A stretch of DNA of 63,897 bases, the filler included, from Salisapilia sapeloensis CBS 127946 (Eukaryota; Protista; Oomycota): the NCBI GenBank assembly GCA_023334545.1. It is 6 parts of 6 records of this genome, joined end to end, with 100 filler letters (N's around TTAATTAATTAA, not from the genome) between each part and the next. Parts side by side here need not be neighbours in the genome. Positions count along the whole stretch, not along the records: positions 46,840 to 57,173 come from JAADVB010000445.1; positions 57,274 to 59,721 come from JAADVB010000900.1; positions 59,822 to 62,026 come from JAADVB010000940.1; positions 62,127 to 63,897 come from JAADVB010001047.1; 2 more parts are not named here. One strand, 5' to 3'. Position numbers and translations under genes: made by a program. How positions within the stretch are numbered: the stretch's first letter is position 1; each line of letters begins with the position of its first letter. The notes under the pieces are model-generated. The model saw only the letters and a program-made list of their open reading frames with translations. It was not told the origin of the DNA and did not search any database. Shown here piece by piece: positions 56,801-63,897 of this stretch.

Positions 56801-56909
56801 CCCTGACAAAATTCTTTCTTGTTAGATTTCAAAATCAAAACGCACGCGTAGTGGACACGCAAGTGACCACACGTCCTACTGAATATGTCGAAACATTGGA
56901 CGTATGTTC

Positions 56910-57173
56910 TTAGTCACGGAGACGACGGCTCTGCTTGGGCTTGCACTCGTCAACGGGCATCTGGTCTTGCGGCGCCTCCGCCTCGTAGTTGTTTTCTCCC
57001 TGAGCCGGAGCCTGCGCCTCGTAGTTGTTTTCTCCCTGAGCCGGAGCCTGCGTCTCGTAATCGTTTCCTCCCTGAGCCTGAGCAGGAGCCTGGGCAGGAG
57101 CCTGACCCCACTGGTTGCCGCCCCACTGGTTGCCTCCTTGGGCTTCGTTCGCCACGGCAGTGTCACGGTTTCC
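56910..57173 (-). CDS. C-terminal fragment of a Gln/Ala/Gly/Asn-rich tandem-repeat protein
   Basis: Frame is open from the spacer to TAA at 56910: GGNQWGGNQWGQAPAQAPAQ...(QAPAQGENNYEA)x2...DECKPKQSRRLRD*. GC-rich and coding-like. Confidence 0.7.
   Translation of the reverse strand, partial: GNRDTAVANEAQGGNQWGGNQWGQAPAQAPAQAQGGNDYETQAPAQGENNYEAQAPAQGENNYEAEAPQDQMPVDECKPKQSRRLRD
56980..57075 (-). repeat. 36-bp coding tandem repeat, two exact copies plus one degenerate
   Basis: gcctcgtagttgttttctccctgagccggagcctgc at 56980-57015 and 57016-57051. Confidence 0.9.
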
Positions 57174-57273
57174 NNNNNNNNNNNNNNNNNNNNNNNNNNN
57201 NNNNNNNNNNNNNNNNNTTAATTAATTAANNNNNNNNNNNNNNNNNNNNNNNNNNNNNNNNNNNNNNNNNNNN
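57174..57273. other. Artificial contig spacer
   Basis: 44 N + TTAATTAATTAA + 44 N. Confidence 0.98.
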
Positions 57274-58174
57274 ATTTACACTTCTTTGAGCGATCGACTG
57301 TCGTAAGACGCCCTGTACAGTCTCTTGATTGCCACTTTCGATGGCTTTCGTTAAACTCGTGAATGGTTCCAAACGAGACACCATTATGTCCGCATTCTCA
57401 CCTTTTTTGGCATAAGACATAGCACTTTTGCCGAAATAGTTTCTTCTAACTGGGTTCGCTCCCCACTTGGCCAGCGTATTTGCTGTTTCTACGTGTCCAT
57501 TATCAACAGTCATATAAAGCGGAGTCCAGCCATATCCTTCGTGCTTGTTCACATCTCCACCATTGCGTACTAGCACCTCCACCACCTCCACGTGTCCTTT
57601 CTGAGCAGCGATATGAAGCGGAGTCCAGCCATCTTCCTCCTGCTTGTTCACTTCTCCACCCTTACAAATCATCTTGAGAACGCGTTCTACGTCTCCTGCA
57701 GCAGCGTACTCCCACAGTTTCTCGCTTGTACTGTCAAGCGTAGACATTGGCAGTCCTTGTAGCACGACTCGATGTTGCGTCGAATGGAAACTTGGGCTTG
57801 GAAGGTCAAAATGAAAAATGAACCTGTTGCTGAATACGGACTTGCAGGAGACAAGACCGGTCCAGTAGATATATCCAGAGAATATTCAATTGGAGCCGAC
57901 GAGATACAACGGCACAATCCGAAGAAATCAACCCATTTGGCTTAGTCGAGACTTTTAAATCAGCATGACCTACGTAGAGAGTCGAAGAGTATCCCATAAA
58001 TTCTAATTTACAAGCATCGTATTTATTATCGTCTTCAGCGCTATAGATGGCCAAATTGCATCCATTCATAAGCACCGACGCATGATTGCCACATCCGAAG
58101 TGTATTCTCCCACGACTTAACCATATGGACTCTTCTGAACCCAGCCCACCCTTTTGGTTCACTTGCGACTGCAC
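57274..58174 (-). pseudogene. Ankyrin-repeat gene, 3'-truncated by the spacer, with an upstream unknown domain joined across a 1-nt frameshift (pseudogene or assembly error)
   Basis: Canonical ankyrins DGWTPLHIAAQKGHVEVVEVLV and YGWTPLY from ATG 57747. That frame is open back to 57885; the 58174 ORF reaches TTG at 57889-57887, with one extra A at 57886 between them. Confidence 0.6.
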
Positions 58175-59721
58175 CTACAAGAGCATCCTTTGCACGTTGC
58201 CTATACTTCTAGTCGGTCAAGTTTGCTTCCTTCTATCAACTACTTTCTAAGGAATTGTTTCTATCTTTTGCACAAAAGTTATAGCTGAGATCTAAAATCT
58301 CTTTGACGTGTACTGCCTAATTTGTTTGACGAGCTCTCATGACTTTCAAGGATGGCAGTGAGCGAGGATAGTAAGAAATGAAACCTGTATTAAATTCTAG
58401 GCCTTTGTTTCGATAGATTTAATATAGCCATTACTAGAGCCAAGTCGCAAGTGTCTCTTTCCACTGGATTGTTCAGCTACAAAAGTGGCAGGCTAGAAGA
58501 TGATGCAACAACGCAAGGTCTCACTAACATAGAAAATACCAAAGCGTGGAAGGTAGTATCGACTGGGTCATGCTATGGCACTTCGTCCGCACTCTCTTAG
58601 ATGCTTACAGTATTGTGGTGAGATCCAGGTATCGTCGGAGTTTTTTAGTCCAAGCCAAGAGTGTTTCGTACACAGAAGGCTATGGTTTTTCTACCGACAT
58701 GGATATTTAGAAATGGAAGGTAGAACTAGGTTACTATATGATTGTTCTGGATTTCGGGCGTATCCAGAGGAAATCTAGCGTGTGATTGAGGAAGCAAGGA
58801 AGTTTGTGTATCGACGCTGGTGTTTTCGAAGTCCCCTGACTCTATATACTTTCTTTTTACTCTGTCTAGACTTTCACTGCTGGAGACGAGGCTTCCTGCG
58901 TGCATCTGATTACAAGAGACGGGATGTCAGGATTCAAGAAGATGTCAAGCAGGAAGCACGCCAGAAGAGCGTAGCAAAGAAGCGCAGGAAGAGCTAGACA
59001 GAGACGTTAAGTTTTTCAATTTCATCCACACTTTACCAAGTAAGCGATAAGCGACTTCATTTACCTCTAGTGACGACTAGGTTGATAGAGCGACGTCTAT
59101 CATCGGCAAAAAGGACTAGAATGTAGATCAATGGTAGCCGGTATAGAGAAACCCATATGTCCCTATCGAAGTGGATACACGAAGGGATCTCGCATGGAAG
59201 TTCTCACTTCTTAATCTGCTACACGGTGAACACTTGGCCTCTGATCAAGGGACCAAGGATAAACAACAACTAAGGACTATCAAAGAAGACTCGTATCAAC
59301 CAACTTTCATTTGCATCTCTTACTCTCTAATTGACCCACCTCTTGAGCACGAAATACAGCTTGTCTAAAGAGAGGACACAGCTAGTAGAGATCCAGCTTA
59401 AATTGAGGCTTTGCATATATTTACTTGTACGCATAACTCTCGCTTAGCCCCAATCTAGATTCAAGCTAGATGTAGGAGTGGCTTAAAATAATGATGGGCA
59501 AAGAAACGACCTTTCGAACGGCAGCTTGCTCACTGTTTCAACATCAAACACAGAAGGATGGAGCCAAGTCTGCTCATTTCCTAACTTTGAATGGATTGGA
59601 AAATGATGTTCGATCTCGCTTAGAGTTGGAGCGATCGCCTGGCTAATAGCCAACGTCCATACTTCAATTCTGCTCCCTATAAGATATAAATATGTGACGA
59701 TACCATATGCGTAATATTTTA

Positions 59722-59821
59722 NNNNNNNNNNNNNNNNNNNNNNNNNNNNNNNNNNNNNNNNNNNNTTAATTAATTAANNNNNNNNNNNNNNNNNNNNNNN
59801 NNNNNNNNNNNNNNNNNNNNN
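59722..59821. other. Artificial contig spacer
   Basis: 44 N + TTAATTAATTAA + 44 N. Confidence 0.98.
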
Positions 59822-60090
59822 CGGGGCATTTGCCACCCAGCACTGCCGGTGTATGAGTCTTTCACCACGCGCCGAGATGGGTGTCGCTCACGATATATGG
59901 TCACATTGTTGGAGGACTTGATCGGCTTCCAACGCTTACTATCCATTTCCCGAGGTACTGAGCGATCAAACTTCTGGTAGTGTCGAAGTGCTTCATGTAC
60001 AAGTATCATTGCGATGCGCTTACAATCAGCCTTCTTCGCCTCCGAGAGGTGAAAGCCTTCATACGCGGCTGCTGTCAACTGCGTCGTCAT
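59822..60090 (-). CDS. 5' fragment of an oomycete START-like (often FYVE-associated) family gene, paralog A
   Basis: First ATG at 60090: MTTQLTAAAYEGFHLSEAKKADCKRIA...DSKRWKPIKSSNNVTIYRER. The W..(I/V)K....V.(I/V)Y.ER motif is typical of this family. Runs into the spacer. Confidence 0.7.
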
Positions 60091-60204
60091 GAGCTTTGAT
60101 GCAGTGTCAACGTGCAAATCGATGAATGTCACCAAAAGGAACTTTCAATTCTCTGGGTGGAGACGAGAAGGTGGGAAATATGTCTGACGTGCTTAATGTA
60201 CTTC
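59964..60204 (-). repeat. Left arm of a 241-bp inverted duplication
   Basis: Reverse complement aligns without gaps to 61786-62026. Confidence 0.95.
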
Positions 60205-61785
60205 CCTTCGTCGTGTGTAATTTGCGTTGTCCTTGGTTGGGTAACGTAGCTTAAAAGAGAAAAAGCCGTATAATTTACAAGGCCAATCTTTAGCTTATTC
60301 TGTTTTCACTCAAACAGCACGCGGACGAACAATGCAGAAATGGCGCTATGGGGTACTAAGGATGATCACACGAGATAACGAGGACATAAAAGTCCATCAT
60401 GCCGGTTGCTTAATACTTTTCTCTTCTTGAATTGCCGTCGTCTTGGTATCATCCGAGGGAATAGGATCAAATATCACTCTTCTCAAGCTCCCGATAGCGG
60501 ATGAGTGTGTTGTTGGAGTGCTCAAAATTGTCTGACGCTTCTACAATGCTGAAGCTGAAAATGGTATAAAGGTAATTAAGCGCAAGTACAAAACGATATT
60601 ATAAGTAAGAGCATCTTTGGCTGACGGACTTTTCTTCCTAGCAACTAAATAAAGGTGAATCATTTTACAGTGATTGTGATTGCCAGCTCACTAGACCAGA
60701 CCTCGCATCAGGGTGTAATAACGTGGTGATGTCCGGGCTAACGGAGTACAAGTGATACTCAGTCCACAGGATCAAACGCATTACTTTATTAAAAACAGCT
60801 AGTTATTCCTTCCACATTTTTAGGAGAATAGTATAGTTTATATCTATTAAGCTCTTTAGAGTTCTACTGGACCCGCCCGCTAGTGCGGTTTTAATGAGTA
60901 TGTATATCACTCATGGGTGATCCTATTCTTTCCTTCGCATGCAGATTGTCGTTGTGTCCTCAAGCAGTAAGTATGTCGAATATCGTGCCATGTCTACCTG
61001 TAGATCGTTGATACCATAGGCTTTTTACCTTGCGCTTCAAGGATGATCTAGCCTCAATCTTCCTGTCGTTCCCTGATATACTGTTAGCAGATACTGTCCT
61101 AATCCACGATACTATGAGTGTTTTAAATGCCCTGGCTTTAGGTTTCCACTGCGCCCGAAGGAACTGGATTACCAGTAGTCTAGATTTAGATATCACTCAT
61201 TACTCCTATTTTGTCATTTAGCCTTGACTTCATTTCTCTCCGAAGTTACAAAGATGGTCGTAGTCGTAGAAGAGGAGAGCGCGCAGTGACCGGCATGATG
61301 TATATTGTTTACTCGAAGTATGGGTCAACTATTATCAGCAGTCACTACAAGGAAGACGAGAAGCGTTTTTACTAACCTCGAAAGCTGCAAGGGTGCCCGC
61401 AATCAGAGAGCAAGAGGGCACCAAGTGGTCTGCATGGTAGGACGTGGTTTGCTCGTCACCTAGTGCAATCATATATCGCACCTTTTATCTTACTATTCCT
61501 CCATTTCACCACGGTTACTTTCATATTCTTTTAAGCAGTTGAACTCAGTTTTGGTAGATCTTGAAGATAGAAGTAAAGTAGGATAGACAGTTCAAACAAG
61601 GCTATCTTGATATGAAAAAGAATAGACATCGCTTACCCAAGCGCTCATTCAGCAGATACAGAAATAGATTGCGATTGATCCCTAGCTAGTCTACGAAATT
61701 CAGCTACATTGACCACTTTTCTCCTCGAGCTATGGTACACAATCTAGCACAAGTTTAGCCAAACGCCACAACAAAGACGGTGCAT

Positions 61786-62026
61786 GAAGTACATTAAGCA
61801 CGTCAGACATATTTCCCACCCTCTCGTCTCCACCCAGAGAATTGAAAGTTCCTTTTGGTGACATTCATCGATTTGCACGTTGACACTGCATCAAAGCTCA
61901 TGACGACGCAATGGACAGCAGCCGCGTATGAAGGCTTCTCCCTGTCAGACGAAAAGAAGGCGGATTGCAAGCGCATCGCAATGATACTTGTCCACGAAGC
62001 TCTCAGACATTACAAAAAGTTCGATC
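61786..62026 (+). repeat. Right arm of the 241-bp inverted duplication (cut by the spacer)
   Basis: 22 mismatches against the left arm: 1 in the 114-nt leader and 21 in the 127 coding nt. Confidence 0.95.
61900..62026 (+). CDS. 5' fragment of START-like family gene, paralog B
   Basis: MTTQWTAAAYEGFSLSDEKKADCKRIAMILVHEALRHYKKFD; mostly synonymous differences from paralog A. Confidence 0.7.
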
Positions 62027-62126
62027 NNNNNNNNNNNNNNNNNNNNNNNNNNNNNNNNNNNNNNNNNNNNTTAATTAATTAANNNNNNNNNNNNNNNNNN
62101 NNNNNNNNNNNNNNNNNNNNNNNNNN
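62027..62126. other. Artificial contig spacer
   Basis: 44 N + TTAATTAATTAA + 44 N. Confidence 0.98.
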
Positions 62127-63897
62127 GATCTCCGCCTGCGAGGGTTCTCGTCCGAGCCCCATGGCAATGTTCTCTGCGATCGTGCCGATGAAGAGCGTCG
62201 GCTCCTGCCCGACGAGACCGATCTGAGAACGCAGCCACTGGAGGTTGAGCTCCTTGATGTTCTTCCCATCCAGCAAGACCTGGCCTCGGACGGGGTCGTA
62301 GAAGCGCTCGATGAGGCTCACGCAAGTGCTCTTGCCGCCTCCGCTCGGTCCGCAGAAAGCTACCGTCTGGCCAGGCTCGATGGTGAGACTGAAGCGCTTT
62401 AGAACCGTAATGTCCGATCGACTCGGGTAACGGAAGGAAATGTCCTGGAATTCAATCTGACCGTCCACTTTACTGGGTTTCTCTCCACTTTCTTCGAAGC
62501 TGTCGATTGGCACCTTGCGGTGCACTACCGACATAATAGTGGAGCCGGCGTGAAGTGCAGTATTAAAATCTCCGACGTAAGAAGTTGCACCAGCAACACC
62601 GTCGATAGATAGCAGTACAGCCATAAACGTGCGGATCAATGCTTCAAATTCAATCCGCCCGTCATCCACAAGCACACCACCCAAGTAGAAAATAAAGCTG
62701 TACGTTGCCAAGAGAATAAAGGCGCAGAACCCAACCGCAATGCCGTTAATATGAGCTCCTCGAATTCCCTTTGCAAAAGGTACTTCCAATCGTGTCTTGT
62801 ACTCCTCCGTTGACTGATTCTCAACACCAAGTGCCACGACCGTACGAATGTTACTCAACCTTTCGGAAGCAATAGCACTAGCGTCGGCCAAGTCATCATT
62901 ATACGTTCCCATGTCGTTTTCAAACTTGATGCGAAAGTAGTTGCCCAAGATCAAAAGAGGGAAGATACCCATCATCACTAGCGTCAAAATCCAACTGCCA
63001 AAGATAAACGATACGATGAGGCAAGCAACAATTGTAAAGAAAGCCTCCACGATACGTGCTTGGGAGTCTCCAGATAGGACAGCAACCTTCGCCGCATCTG
63101 TCGATATACTTGCAGCCAACGCACCTGTGCCGTTATCCGTCTCATCGAAAAATCCAACGTTTTGATGCACGACGGCTCTGAATTGAGTATCACGCAGACG
63201 TTTTGCCAAGCATTCTTGCATATACTTGAATGAATATTGCTGCAGCCACACGGAGAAGAACATGATGACCATGATGACGAGGTAAATAATGCCGTACAAC
63301 TGGACATCGCTGTAGATATCATCCAAGTACGTTTTATCATCCGTCCTCTGGTAGTCAGCGTACTGTTGAGTCATGGTGGTAATCATACCTCCAACTAGCA
63401 AGGCGGATCCAGGTTTGGCAGCACCAACAATAGCAGATGCAATGCATCCGTATACAAAGCGACGCTTCTCCGGCATGCTTAACTCTACGAATTCCTTCAA
63501 GCCAAATGGTACTCGATCGTACGAATTATCTTCGACATCTGAAGTCGAAATGTTTGTTTTGTCAGACACGATGCTAGATCGATAGACTTGATCTGCAGCA
63601 TCGATGTCATCTACTGTAGCATCGACCAAAGCAACTTCCTCTTTCGTAGCATGTGTCTGCTGGATCCGGAACATACTGCGATAGATGCCATGCTCCAACT
63701 GATTTAACTCGTCGTGCGTACCGGTCTCGGCCACATGACCTTCCGACAGCACCACAATCTTGTCGGCGTTGCGGATCGTCGTCAGCCGGTGCGCGATCAC
63801 GAGCGTCGTCATCTGCGTCTTGGACATCAGGTCGTTCAGAGCCGCCTGCACCACCCGCTCGCTCTCGGCGTCCAGGGCGCTCGTGGCTTCGTCCAGC
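62127..63897 (-). CDS. ABC transporter subfamily B (MDR/P-glycoprotein type), internal fragment: end of NBD1, linker, TMD2, start of NBD2
   Basis: LDEATSALDAESE (Walker B and D-loop), IAHRL, NIRTVVAL, FSYP-like FRYPSR, GPSGGGKST (Walker A), RFYDP, VGQEPTLF. Open at both ends. Confidence 0.96.

Noticed and set aside
1-63897. rRNA, CRISPR array, intact transposon, RxLR or Crinkler effector
   Set aside because: None found. No signal peptide followed by RxLR-dEER, no LxLFLAK motif, and no regularly spaced repeat-spacer array.

Overview
Eukaryotic, intron-containing genomic DNA from a flagellated oomycete. Support: IFT88, an oomycete-type START-FYVE-GAF fusion, an M96-like gene, 'EGCTTNAMD' ankyrin repeats, and short GT-AG introns of 50-85 nt. 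The window is six contigs joined by five artificial 100-nt spacers (44 N + TTAATTAATTAA + 44 N), so adjacency across those spacers means nothing. Left and middle parts are gene-dense: RBBP6, PLK1, Kelch-EGF surface protein, IFT88, TMEM222, amino-acid transporter, MEE44-like terminal nucleotidyltransferase, Dam1-like, Dpy-30 protein, SEC14-GOLD, SLY1, two identical divergent tRNA-Glu(TTC), ankyrin-PDZ, S10 carboxypeptidase. The right part has short contigs with truncated members of multigene families. Most notable: (1) a cluster of five diverged membrane-protein paralogs resembling a stand-alone bacterial 'putative sensor' domain with Pro/Tyr-rich tails in place of a kinase; (2) a Dam1-like gene whose spliced product gains a C-terminal winged-helix domain; (3) an inverted gene pair whose non-coding leaders are near-identical while their codons have diverged; (4) an unknown domain joined to ankyrin repeats across a 1-nt frameshift; (5) high GC3 at contig ends and a TAG/CTA excess in intergenic relics. 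All family assignments come from motifs recognised by eye, not from database searches. Exon models were derived by hand from GT-AG sites and phase consistency.
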